A stretch of DNA of 64,000 nucleotides from Phoronis australis (GCA_002633005.1 NMRA01000633.1:144958-208957); one strand, 5' to 3'; shown: positions 40,034 through 52,959, numbered from the stretch's first letter. The notes: a model not told the origin generated them from the sequence alone. Numbers and translations: made by a program.

Positions 40034-41435
40034 CACGGGTGAGAAACAACGTGACCGCCAGTCCTCTAAACAGGACCTACGGGGATCAAATGGGACCGCA
40101 GCACCAGAAAATGGGACTGACGCACCTAAAAACATGACCGCCCCACCACAAAACAGGACCGCCGGGGACTACAACCGCAATGACTAACAGGCTAAGATTT
40201 ATTACCGTTAGGCCTACACAGATCATACAATGGGGCTATTATATGCGTAAACATATGCAGGTCTTGTGCCCATTAATCCACCGAAATCTTTTGTGCGTAA
40301 CAGAGGACAGTGTCGATTTGTAATACGCGGCGCTTTTGAGTTTTACTCATCACCAGGCTCCCGGCTGCGGTATGTGACTTATAAACAGTTGAAAGGTCAA
40401 CATTTAATAAATTAGATTTATTAAATGTTGTTTAACAACCACGTTGTGCGCTTTTGAGCAAAATAATAATAATTTTATCCACTGCGTAAGTTTTAGAACA
40501 AAATGAAAATCATTTTCTCCAATTTGACGTTTAAAGTTAGTCAAGTAAAAAACGGGCGTTCTGGTTCTCGGGTGAAGCATCATCATACTAGCTGCCTTTG
40601 TGCGGCAAAGCTGTATATTTAGTATAGCAAAGCTGTATACTAAATATACAGCTTTACGCCGATGTGGGTAAGAAACTGAACATGTAAAATCTTCACCCGG
40701 CGATTTGTGTTATTAACGACACTCTTCCTTCAGTAAACTAAATTATTTCATCAGCGCTTGAGAAAAATTGTCGTTTTGTCGTTATTCTGCGTTCTCTTAA
40801 GTCGTCTTACATTGGCCGGTTCCTTTACCCCCGATTCTTCAGTCAACTGTTCTTCTACAAGGTTGCGAATTATCGAAACTTGTTTCATTTCGTTATAAGT
40901 TTTTAGTATTTTAATACCAGCAAACCGAATTTCAGAACAAATCTTGTTGCCGCGAAGTTGGCATCATCTTCCGAAAGATGTCGCAAAATTTTTCTGAGGA
41001 AATGGCGCATGCACATGTCACGAGCGCGACAGACTTATTGTTACAATAGTTCATAGATTGTTTTTCACTCAATTGGTTGCAACCTGCAAGGTGAGTGTTG
41101 GTTGACGCCTAGATTTTGCATGTGCCTGCGCCGGTCGCGTGCTCTACTACATGTTGATGTAAGTTTCATGACGAGGTGAATAGCAGAACTACCCGGGCTG
41201 TGGGAAATTTCGGGGATGTAACGGAGCTCAATAACGCTTTATTTTGGCGATAGTCTTTACACAGCTATCTGACCGGTTACGTCATAACCCGCAGTATCAT
41301 ACAAAGGCCTTAACTACTCAGTCCCAGGCGGTCCTGTTTTGTGGTAGGGCGGTCATGTTTTTAGGTGCGTCAGTCCTATTTTGGGTGAGTCGGTCCGATT
41401 ATGAAGACCGGTGGTCATGTTGTTTCTCACCCGTG
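40034..41435. mobile_element. 1.4-kb non-autonomous DNA transposon with CAC termini, long modular TIRs and 5-bp TSD (Transib-like signature)
   Basis: GACCT|CACGGGTGAGAAACAAC ... GTTGTTTCTCACCCGTG|GACCT. TIR similarity extends ~120-135 bp. Confidence 0.8.
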
Positions 41436-41534
41436 GACCTGCACTCTGGTCATCAATGCAACTTCTGATTGTTTGGCGAAGTGGGAAAAATTGTAAGACA
41501 ATGTCTCAACAGCGATTATTGAAGTCCGTCAATA

Positions 41535-43879
41535 CCGTAATCGTTCGGGTTAACGCCCATGCTCAGTTAACCGCCCATCCCCGACTTTAAGTGGATTTTC
41601 GATTTAACCGCCCATTGCTCAGTTAAGCGCCCCCCTGCGATTTTTGAAGATTTCCAGTTAAGCGCCCACCTCTCGGTTAAGCGCCCATCCCCGACTTTTA
41701 AAGAATGAAGATTTAGCATCTAGTGCTAAGGAAACGCGCGATTCCCCGACTTTTAGAAACAGATCGACGATCACAGTGAGTGCAACGAAGCCGGGACTCC
41801 GAGACGGTGGTTTAGCAATCTGAATTACAATACAGGTAACGAGTTATTGTCTTGGGTCATGAACTCACTTTCGCCGGCGTCAAAACCTCCGCTTTCAGCA
41901 ACTTTGTCTGCCGCGCTGAGTTTCCGTCTGCAGTGCACTAGATAAAACATATATTCGAAAAAATCAGGCCAGAGAAATGTGACAATGGTTTTGCCAAACT
42001 CCAAATTCTATTAAGGTGGGAAGCTCTCGTATTTTGAACAAATCTCACAACTCACGGAAAGATGTCAAATTCTCAATATTTTGATGAATATAACTGCCAG
42101 GTTATAGAGGATGTGGGGGCGACCCAAGGGACAGTAAAAGTGCCTTACTGGGTTACTAGTACTGATTTCGTTGCTGCCTGTCGATTTCTGAATTCAAACG
42201 TTGGCAGTAATTATGTTTGCGTATTATCTTGAAGAAATAAAAAAACGGCTAGTCAAATTTTGTTTTTCGCTTATTGCATCTCAGTCAAACTGGTTAGCAG
42301 ATTTAACTAATGTCGCCGGCTGTTCAATCTTTACTATTCTTGTGTCAGCCTGCACGTAAGCGTGACTGTGTGAATTATCGTTTCCACGTCCCCTTTTTAG
42401 CCATCCAGAATAATTGTGTTTATACATTGGCCATTTTTTAGCCTGAACAAAAATTCTTACCATTCGAGTCAGAAATATCTACGACGTAGACTGCTTGACG
42501 ATAGTGGGTAGGAGATTCACACAGCTAGTTACAGGGATGGGCTTAGGGAGCAATAGACTTGACATCGCAGTTTTGGGGAACATTGGCAACGGAGGAATAT
42601 CGTAAAGAACTGGGTCTTTCGTAACAACAGCTTAAAAGCACGATAGTCACGCCCGTTTTTGTTACTTCGAACTGTCGCTATGTGTGACAGATTTGTAGTG
42701 GTGCACGTGCGCAAGTTCCCACACTTTGGAGTGCATGTTACCTTGACACCAATATGTGATTGACAGGTGACTCACACGTAGGCCCTACGTGCGTGCTGAA
42801 TACCGCCACTATCTTTGGCCATAAAAAACGAGATGCATATTGAAAGAGGCCGTTATATTACTTGACGGCATTTCCAAGTCACGATTGTCAGCCGACTGAG
42901 ACATTGCGCGATAACAGCGGGACCGAACAGTGCCGCAGTGCGATATTACAAGTGATATAAATAGGATAATCTGGACATCTTACATGAAAAATAAATGTTT
43001 TTCCACCACGAAGTTTGGTAAGGTGATCGTTTAGAATAATGAATTGAAAAATTGCTGTTTTCTGACATTTTGTAACATATTTATGCAGTTGCTTGAAATT
43101 TTATTCTTGATCGACGACTGGCTCGACCACCCCCGATCCTTGTCTTACTTCTTTGCATAGCATGTTTGGCGCAACGGCAAGAGAGCAATGCCGGGCTGTC
43201 AAGATAAGACAGCTAGCCGCAGAACCATACGCTGAAAATGTCATTGAGTCACGGAGTGTCTAATATAACATCCCAAACACAAAAAACAACAGAGTTAAGT
43301 TTTTCAAGCTTTTATTACAACCAATTTTAAAACTGTTCTCTGAGTCGGAACTTGACAGCTATATATAGTACGAGACTGTAACCATAAATTTGATGTCTGA
43401 CCTCTGCAACACGTGAAGCTTGCACGCGCGCACTTAAGCAGGGTCACATCTTGAAACAGTTTTAATTCTAGTGGAGGCTGCTAGGTCACTGGTCGGGTGC
43501 GCACCGCAGGACGGCACGGGGCTATTACTCAGCAATTTTGTAAATTTAATAGTGAATGATTAATCTGAGAGCAAGAGAACCTTTGTTGGGATCATCCGCT
43601 GTTGTGATGTTTTCACAATCGTTTGGCAACGTGACGATAAAGCTCTTTGAAAAGGGCTACGCGTTCTGAGTGTGATTGTCGTGTCGGGACTTAGATCGCC
43701 AGGTAAGATTAACCGCCCAGGGCGGTTGTCTGTCGTAATAAGCACCCATGTTCGGTTAACCGCCCATCCCCTACTTTAGGTGGATTTTCGATTTAACCGC
43801 TCACTGCTCGGTTAACCGCCCTCCGATTTTTTGGATTCGCCAATTTAACCGCCCAGGGCGTTAACCCGAATGATTACGG
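41535..43879 (-). mobile_element. Family B copy 2 (2345 bp), inverted relative to copy 1
   Basis: ta|ccgtaatcgttcgggttaacgccc ... gggcgttaacccgaatgattacgg|tg. Colinear reverse complement of 33390-35789 with an internal deletion of ~65 bp. Relic GRDYRAFKL resembles the pogo N-terminal RxYxxxFKL motif. Confidence 0.92.
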
Positions 43880-44331
43880 TGATTCCTCTAAAATTCGTTT
43901 CAAAATATGAGGTGACTTCTTAATTTTAAACTGCTAACAGTTTTCCCAGATTCAATATTTTTGGTTAACAATTGTTCTGTTGATTTTTTGAAATCGATGC
44001 ATTTGCCACCACTGCAGTCTGTACACATCAAACACATGCTTAAATCACAATAGGAAGTAAACAAACGGAAGTTGGAATTGTTCAGCAGGATCATTGATTG
44101 CAAGTTTTGGCAACTTCAGATTTTGTTTGGCAACCTGGGATTTTTGCCAGGTCAACAAATGCAACTTGCTGTCAAGTGTGAGTGTGTACATGTGCGTGTG
44201 CGTAGTTTTTTGGAAAAGCCTGTGATGTCATGCAACACTTTAGCTTTAATTAATTGTTGTATATCATTGTTGAGTGGATATTTCCCATTTTTCACAAATA
44301 TGTTGACAGATTTGGCAGTCAAATACAGTAA

Positions 44332-44450
44332 AATGGTACACAATACAATGGTACACAACACAATGGTACACAACACAATGGTACACAATACAATGGTACA
44401 CAATACAATGGTACACAATACAATCCTACACAATACCATGGTATACAATA
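44332..44450. repeat. 15-bp tandem repeat x8 (atggtacacaataca) abutting the exon donor
   Basis: Directly visible. Confidence 0.9.
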
Positions 44451-44451
44451 C

Positions 44452-44580
44452 CTGTTCTTCTTCCTTGTTCAATGTTTGTTTTGCATCGCCATTTTCTGCC
44501 ATGTTGTTGTTGTTGTTGTTGTTGTTGTTGATGTTTATACCATTTACTGTTACTTCTTTGTTGTTCACACTTACTTCTTC
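44452..44580 (-). CDS. Coding exon (43 aa, poly-Asn) of large unnamed gene
   Basis: catttttag|GAAGAAGTA...GAAGAACAG|gtattg; 129 bp, phase 0-0. Encodes EEVSVNNKEVTVNGINI(N)9MAENGDAKQTLNKEEEQ. Confidence 0.75.
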
Positions 44581-46524
44581 CTAAAAATGTCCAGGAATAA
44601 TTTAAGTAGGATTTGCATGTCAACATCACATTCCCTCAAAACCAAACTTATCTGGGAAGCATTTTTAATTTGCATCATTCCACAATGAGTTTGCAGTAAA
44701 CTGAAACCATGTGTGAATGGTCCAACAGTATGCAAGTTACCAATTCTCAGAGAAGTTTATAGTATGGAAAAACCTCACAAATTTCAGACAAAAGTAATGA
44801 ACAGCATTGGTCGTTTCTCAGAGAATTTCTAACACTGTTTGTCTAATTGTAGCTAATGTATAGAAGTTTTTAAAGTTATTTAACTTTACCAGACAAATGC
44901 TACATCATTTTAAAATATGATGTATCATTTATTCAATAAATTTTGCTCAAATTCGAACAGAAATATTGCCAAAAGTAATTTTTCAAAAGCTCACTGCATT
45001 GTTTAAAAATCCTCACAATTTTCTCACCCATTGGTTGATGAATGTTGTGCAAGATAAACCATACAATTATGAAGGTACTCATTTCAAGTTTACTTTCATT
45101 GAAAATTTCTATGACACAAAAAGTTAACTCTTCTGCCAAATTGACTTTCACATTAAAGAAACTTTACCGCAAATGAAAAATATTAAACTTCTCGTGAATG
45201 CCAGTCATTGAGCCCAACATAACTCTCTGTAACAAGCTGTTTACTTCACCAGCAAAATAATTCCTCACAGTCATATTTCAGGGAAGCACATTTTCCAAGA
45301 AAAAGCATTTTCACAACTTTGTAATTTACATTTTGCAGTGACCATTCAGTTATGTCCACTTTGCAATTAATTTTCTAAAGTCTGAAGATAGATTGCTTAG
45401 AGACAACAAGTGGGTTTGCATTAAGCTGTCAGACAAAAAGTAAAAGTTTGTGTTAATGAAGACTGCTTCCCAACTATACTGACTTTGAAATAAGGACACA
45501 AATCATTCGCCAAATTTTTTTACCACTTGTAAAGTTTGTGCTGTACAACACTTGTAACATGTTGCATGTAACAATTCAGTACAATTCCAAGTAAAAATAG
45601 TACCAAATTTATTCTATATTGTGACAGTAATATAGTGACAACCAGTCAGAGCCAGTAAAATACCATAAGTGGTATTGAACGCTGCAGTCGATACAGGAAG
45701 ACGCTGTTCGAGACAAGTAAGGACAACTTACACATGGCATTTAGTCACCTTTGAGCTAAGTGGCAGGCAGAGAATATTGAAAAAGTCTTCATCTTACTTT
45801 TCTATGGTCAGCATTGTAACTTTAACATCTACATAGCTTACGCAATGACGCACAAAAATAGCGAGTTTAAGCTTTGCTAAGTTTGATCTGAATCAATAAA
45901 CTGTGCAGAGAATAAATATCAAGCTTACACAAGGAGCAGCAATTAGACTTTAGTGAAGGGAATGTTCAGATTTAAAAATTTCAAGATATACATTTCCACT
46001 TATTTATAAACGTCATTTTCTAGTACATCATCATCTCTCCAACATGGCAACCATTGGCTGCCCGTTGTGAAGTTGACAGTCTAGTTTCCATTTGGGGAGA
46101 AAATCCGTGCCATTTTTAATGGCAAGCACAAAAACCATCGGCGCCTAACGACAACTTCGTTGAACTTAAGTTTTCTAACTAACTCCAAAGTTGATGGGAA
46201 CACTAACACTTAACTTCAGGGTTAACCACATTTAGCTTCCATAATAGCGAAGTTAACTGTATGGGAAACAGCCTCGAGTGGACGACTGGTTCACACAAAA
46301 CCTCCAACAACCATACAACGCATTAATTTCTCATTCACCCCTGCCATTGCAACAACGTACAATTTTTCATCATCAAATTTATATCCTTTCCACTGCTCAT
46401 TAGACACATGGCCACTTCATGCCACCATACATTAAATACTCCGAGATGCATCAGACTTTTCCAGAAGTGGGCAATGCTACGTGTATTCTGCGCAGCACCT
46501 GAGAACAACTGCAGTCGCGCCATC

Positions 46525-46630
46525 ATGTCCTCTGCAAAAGTCAATGCTCAAGTGCAGTATTGCTCAGCTATAAATTGCAATAATTCTTGGTGGAAGCAGC
46601 CAAATGTTCCAATTTAGTTTTCCAAATCCC
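46525..46630 (+). pseudogene. THAP N-terminal relic (transposon-derived)
   Basis: MSSAKVNAQVQYCSAINCNNSWWKQPNV, then after a frameshift FSFPN. Matches the THAP start CSAxNCxN...FxFP. Confidence 0.6.
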
Positions 46631-49352
46631 GTTTATTTTACTAGTGCTCATGCTAGTATTGCTAGAACCTATGTCAAAATGCATGTACTCTATGTTATGG
46701 TGTGTTAGAGGGATTGCCTGGAACATGCAATCGAAAAACAGTCAAGTTGAGCAATATATAGAGTGGCAAAGAAAATAATTTTAAGCTAAGAAAGCATAAA
46801 CATGAAGGGTTTTTGATGACTTTTTGGTGGGAAATGAAACTATTGCATAAAATATACACAGTAACTCGTGGCACAAATGGGTTATGGGCAGTTTGATTTG
46901 TTTGCTTGTGATCGTAGCTGTACCTGTTGAACTAGTTTCAATAAAACTTATCTTAACATTCTAATTCATACTTGTTACCACCGGCACTCTAAGGGCAACA
47001 CTTTATGTTTATGCAAGTCTGTGCATGTGCCAATGATGTGCATGTTTGTGTCCATGAGCGCCTGCGTGCTTGCTTGTGTAAACACCACAGGTTGACAGAT
47101 TTCAGAGATGTTTTTAGGGGTGCTTGCCTTAGCCCAAAGGAGCAATCAATTAGATTTGAGATGGTTTAGTATCTCCATGACTTCCACCATTTTCTTGACT
47201 TCCATCTAAGGCCTAGCCTAGAATGCACAAGTCCAATTACACACTAGTATATTTGAAAATGTCTGTCAAGGCTGGAGGTTGTATAGATTTTGAAATTTTA
47301 AGGTCCCTGTCTGCTTATTACTTGGCGGAATTCTTCCGCCAAGTATGTTGGTCTGACAGAAAGTTTTTTTTTTTGAATGAAATACTGCAGAATGGTACGA
47401 TCACCCCCCCCCCCCTTCGTCGTGTACTTTTTGCCGGAAGCATAGCAACTACCAGGTAGTAGACATGTGGGGAAATGAGCCATCTTTGCTTATCAACCAC
47501 AGTAGAAACCAGGTGGCGCTGTGTGCTGCGTGTTACATTTTTCAACAAGGCGCGACCGATCAACAGTATTTAATCTAAGATGCCACCTTGTACTTGGTCA
47601 ACAGATTTGTACAAGAATCACTGGCATTGCCCATTCTCCTTATCACGAGACTGATCAAAAAGCCCTTGTGTGAAATCAGGGCAATTACCTCATTGACCAA
47701 TACTTTTCAGCGATAAAACACTGTATGAAATAAATAAGGATATTGTACTGTTTGGCTTCTGAAACTGGGTACCTCATACACAGCTAAGTTAGGATGATTT
47801 TCCCCAAAGACGTACTTTCAAAAGTTAGCCATAACCATGAACTTGGATTTGAATTCACAAACATTTTTAGTCTGGTCAGCACAACACCTGTTGACCACAT
47901 CACCTGCCCTAATGAATATGATGTGGCCAACAGGCAGTATGCCAACCAGACTAAAAAGTTCATGATACACTTCCACACTGGTTTAAGATTTATATATTTG
48001 TACAATTAAATTTGATTTGTTGACCATTGCAGGACATGTAACCACATTGTGGTAGGTAATTGGTGTGCGAACTGTGACTGCGCAAACGCTTTAAAATGGC
48101 ATAAAACCTGTGCTTTCCATTAAAAATGTTGACGTAGGTCACTTACCAATAAAAAATTAGTTTTCTCTAGTCCCTTACTCTGCTGTACAACTGATCCCTG
48201 GGCAAAAGAAGACCGGACAGTATGTTACTTCATCATAACTGAAACTTCTTTTCAAGCTCTGAATTCACACCCAGTTTGAACAATTTCATAAAGCGTGCCC
48301 ATAGATATCAAAATTATTTGTACTTGAAAACTATTGTTTCTGCATTACAAACTCTCCATTTGGTTTCAACTCCAGGCAACAGCGGTTTCCAAATCAAGGC
48401 TACACCCAGAACTTTATCAAATCAATCTAGCCATTCCGGTGGTCTTTTGTCTGGCATCACAGGCCCATTACCCTACAGGGCTCGATTTGGCTATCTGCAA
48501 GTCACCATGGCAGCCTCTGATTTCGTTTTTCGACCTGGTAAAAATCCCAGGTAACCAAATGTCATCACGCCAAGTCCGAGCATGCAATCAAAATACTACA
48601 AAAAGTATATTGGGCCGAAGACGGAAAAATAGGAAAACATTGGTCATAACCAAGCAATTTTTGCAAGACACTCCTTAACACTGCCTGGGCAAACTTAGGA
48701 TCACCGGATTACAATTGTCAACTGCTGGCTTTGACAAGAATAGACATTTTCAGCTCTTGCCACCAATGTTTGACGACCTCAGTTTCCATTTTGTAACTTA
48801 GGCGCATTTGGCGAGTTGACTTATTGCCAAGCGTCAAGCCCTGACCTACAACAGTACAAAGGGTGAATAAAACTTCCATAAACGGGTACCAGATAATCAA
48901 AATCTAAAGCCTCTACTTTGGCAAATGTTTACTGTAATTCCTATGGTAAAAAAATGACCTCAATCCACTTTTCAACAGGAATTCAACTAAGAAGCAAAAC
49001 AGTTGAAAAATCACCAGTTTTCGACTTTCAAAAAATCACCAGTTTTATTCCATGGTACATCAATATATTTTATCCTGTGTTTTGTTGCCATAAAGTCATT
49101 GCTAATGTCGTAATTGCTCTTCTCCAAAAAGGACTTCAGATCAGTTTATGATAAATAAGCTGCTTGATGACAGGGGTTCTTGAACATACTTATTGATGAA
49201 GTACACTGAGCCTTGAAACAGGAGGATTTTCTAAATAATGAAGTTTTAACAAAATGAGACTATTTGCAATAACTTAGGCATTACATTGGCCGACACAGCT
49301 ATGAGATCAGACTGCACTAATTTTTTATAATAACGTGTAATTTCCTTTCATT

Positions 49353-50578
49353 CAGTGCTCAACATTAACTTGTTAAGTTGAAATTTTTACTTGCCCGAAC
49401 AACATACTCACTTGCCCCTAGTACAATCTCAAATAGCACAGTGCATGTGCACAACTAAGTAATGTGATACCGTAAGGCTGTCTGTGCTGAGCCTCCTCTA
49501 GTGCGGTGCATGCTAAATACTTGAGTTGATATTTATAAGGTGTGTCAAAACACTAGAGAGACAGTGTATATCTGAACCATTGTCTCACACTCACAGGTGC
49601 TGAAATGATCTAGGACACGAACTCTAGACACTTCTATGTATTCATTAGTTGATATGGATTTGCTATCCGTAAAAATCTTGCACAGATGTGGTCATCAGTA
49701 CCTTGTATTAGTTTAAAATCAAATTTTAACATATAATAATGCCACATATACTTTTATTTGCATCAAATAATTGCATTTTTCTGAAAAATAAATAGACCAC
49801 GAAAAATTCACCCTTCAGAGCGACAATCCTGAAGACTGTATTCCTCTTCTTTTGGAGTCGCCAACGGAAGCCGAGAATTCATAAGTTTCCTTTGGATTCC
49901 CCCCCCCCTGAATAAATACCAGGCCTGTAAAACTGCTGTGTAGTGTAGAAAATATTTAGTCAATCATTCACTTTTTAGCTTTTACGCTTATCTGTACAAC
50001 TTAACTCCCTGACAAACGCGGTGCTTCCAGCTGTACCTGGGAAACGCCGGCAAATGAATCACACGTCATCCCTTGTTCACTGTCTCGCAGGCCAGGAAAC
50101 CTAATTTCCCATGACGGAACCCACCCCCCCCGCACCCTTTTCTTTTCATATTGTTGCTTCGATTCTTCCTGAGGTTGTTTTTTAGCAACTAAACCATTTG
50201 GACATTTTGCCAGAGTGCAGACGATCAGTAGTATCACGTGACAACTTATTCAGAAACTGCAAGGCTCGTTCAGAGAATCGAAAGGATTTGACGGGCGTCA
50301 TGTGTGTACGCAACATCACACTCGTTCAATTTTCCTTACAGTGCTCATTCGAAGACGGGAGTTTCTTTGACGGCCACCGGGGTTTTTCGACAGTATTTAG
50401 GTTTGTGTCGGGGTTCGTTACTTTGGAGCAAATGTCGAGCAGACAATCTTAGGATCTGCTTGCCTATGTGGCCAGCTTTTTCACTTGCCCATCGGGCAGG
50501 TACTTTTCAAATCTCACTTGCCCGACGCAAAATCTAGATGTACACGGGCAATCGGGCAACCATTAGTGTTGAGCCCTG
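49353..50578 (-). mobile_element. Degenerate hAT-like element with TTF/ZNF862-type zinc-finger relic
   Basis: TIR cagtgctcaacattaa / ttagtgttgagccctg; repeated cttgccc(g) subterminal motifs at both ends. Minus relic YEKKRVRGGWVPSWEIRFPGLRDSEQGMTC (cf. R-x-F-x-x-x-W-x-x-x-FPWL...M-x-C). No intact 8-bp TSD. Confidence 0.6.
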
Positions 50579-50953
50579 ACAATGCATTTTTATAAGCAAT
50601 TACAGTGTTTGCCAAGGGATAAATGGTGTTATCAACAGTCACGAATTCGCGATGTAGTCCGCAGGGAAATTCCTGACCAGATTTGAACGTGTGCCCTTTG
50701 GGGGCTCCTGATGACGTAATTAAAGTGGCAACATATGAAACAGAAAACCAAAGGGCAACCGAAATAAGAACAGACTCATGTTTTACCCGGCTGACTGTAA
50801 CTTGACTAGAATCTTGAGTTTTCGTTAGAACGTTACATTTTAAAAGATGCGCCATGAGAGGGGGCGCACTGCTACAATATATGCTACTAGTGCTTCCTTT
50901 TCATAATTTATACTCTAATGTCGCAAAGGCGCAGTCCAGGAACATTTCTCAGA

Positions 50954-51073
50954 GGGCACTGGTCGGATATAGCGGTCCCTGGTTTAGAGATCCAGTTTCA
51001 TCCACTAACAGGCCTGTTATTCAGTGATTGCCTGGTTGTCTAAATCAGGGACCGCTTTATCCGACCAGTGCCC
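50954..51073. repeat. 120-bp near-perfect inverted repeat (hairpin/MITE)
   Basis: gggcactggtcggatatagcggtccctggtttaga ... tctaaatcagggaccgctttatccgaccagtgccc. Confidence 0.85.
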
Positions 51074-51499
51074 CCTCGTCGGCACAGTCCACGACATTAA
51101 ATCAAGTGACTGTGTCCCACAATCCTTACAAAATGTTTTGGATGGAACTATGATTGTTACCCACAATACAACCACGAACCAGGTCTACAAGTAAGCAAAA
51201 TACTGTCTAACTTTGGCAGCATACAGACTTAGGCACAGTGGCCCAATTTTACCGACTATGACAAAGTCCCTTGTCTGCTGAGCACAGTTGAGTTTCATGG
51301 TTTCTAGTACTAGTGGGAGTTTCCTGTAGGACCAGAATAGACCAGGTCGGTCATAAACATTGCTTGTGCTCAGTGGGTTGCAGCCGACTCTTGACAACAA
51401 ACTTGTAACGTCAGACTAGAGAAAGTGTGAGCAAACTTTTGACTAACCGAACCAACAAAATGGTCCTAGTTAGTTGCAGAGTCTAGAATTTTGACATAC

Positions 51500-51505
51500 C
51501 TTCAT
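51500..51505 (-). CDS. Putative first coding exon (ATG AAG = MK) of large unnamed gene; 5'UTR extends toward higher coordinates
   Basis: Minus strand ...cattattATGAAG|gtatgt. The strong donor is phase 0 and joins in frame to exon 44580-44452. Confidence 0.55.
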
Positions 51506-52959
51506 AATAATGCGATGCTTGATATCTGGTACTGGTCAGCTAATCCGCCTCAAACGTGTATTAATATAACACAACCGGTAGGTCAACAGCGCGAAGCAAT
51601 ATTTGACAACTTGTCGTTGGAACTCCCGCCGTCGCGATTCGACAGTCCAAACTTTACAGCACAATACGACAAAACGATCCCCAATTATAACCTTAATATG
51701 AGCTAAATACGAGGCTACATACAAGTACTAAATGAATAGTTCCTATGTACAAGGAGAACAGTCACCCTCTGAAAGTAGGTTACTGCCCAACTCACAGCTG
51801 GGGCGATCAAGTTCATAAGTTATGCATCAAACACTTTTGATTTATGCCACAATGAAAAGGGGCGGTAAATCGCCCAAAACATGATTACTCCGCGCACCTG
51901 CTACATTGTGTCATTTAAACGTATAAAATCGACACCTTTCTCAAGCCATTTTTTTATACAGGAAAACCGGTGATTAATTACTAGAACAAAAAGTTAGATT
52001 TCAATCAAAAATACGCAGTACCAACCAAGTTTGTTAAAAAGCAAATGCGGATGAACACAAATACTGTGCGGGTTGTGATCAATCGATGGCCAACCACTCG
52101 CGGTACATTCTTTGAAGTCAATGCGAAAGTCGTCTGCTTGGTGTGTGACGTCGGTTCGGATGTTTGGGATATGGTTTATACGGCTGGGTATCCCTAACTA
52201 GTAGAGGACACGGTCTACGAATCCTGATACGCATGTTTATGCGCAGCCTTCCAAAGAAACCTGTAACGAAATGAATGGTATTTGGAAATTTATTCCTACA
52301 GACCATCGAAATAATGGCCCATTAGAAAAATGAGACGCAATCGAAATAACGGCACAGAAAAATGTGACTCAAGACCAGCAAAATGCTTACAGAAGAGAGA
52401 TAATGTTAATCGTGCCAGGGTCAAGGGTGTAAGCATATATAAACCATAATTTGTGAAGTACACACGGACAGTTAAGTGTTCAAATGTCAAATTTGTCGAT
52501 ATTTTAGCCCAAAGAAGTCTAAAAACAGTATTTCTTTTGATGGTCTCATTGAATAAATAAAACCGCGGCTTATCATAATGAAGCATCGACTTATCGTCCA
52601 ACACCAGCCGTGTGCATCAAACTGTGTGACGTGACGATGCTTTTCCATTTCGAATTCCAGTTTCCTCAAAATACCAACATTCGTAAACGAATATTTCTGT
52701 AATTTTTGGAAACATAAGTTTGAATGGACGGTCGAGAAATGATTTTCTGAGATAAGAACTTTCAGATGCAGTCAAAATGCCCTGCTGGCTGGCGGAGCCA
52801 ATTCCAATCGACAAATGGTAGAGTGTTTTAAAGCTACACAAATTTGGCCCTGTTTAACAAGCTAAATAAGGAAACTTAAATTAGACCTTCGACTCTCATA
52901 AGATCGGTATCGTCAGGATTCAGTTCTGTTATCAACTCAAGTCGCCGTGGACAAAAGCG

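Noticed and set aside
33390-43879. Single 10.5-kb composite transposon bounded by the two B copies
   Set aside because: Copy 1 has the same minisatellite on both sides, so it inserted independently.
48140-48560. Stop-interrupted minus-strand frame ending at a gtaagt donor
   Set aside because: Multiple stops and no recognisable motif; cannot be assigned.
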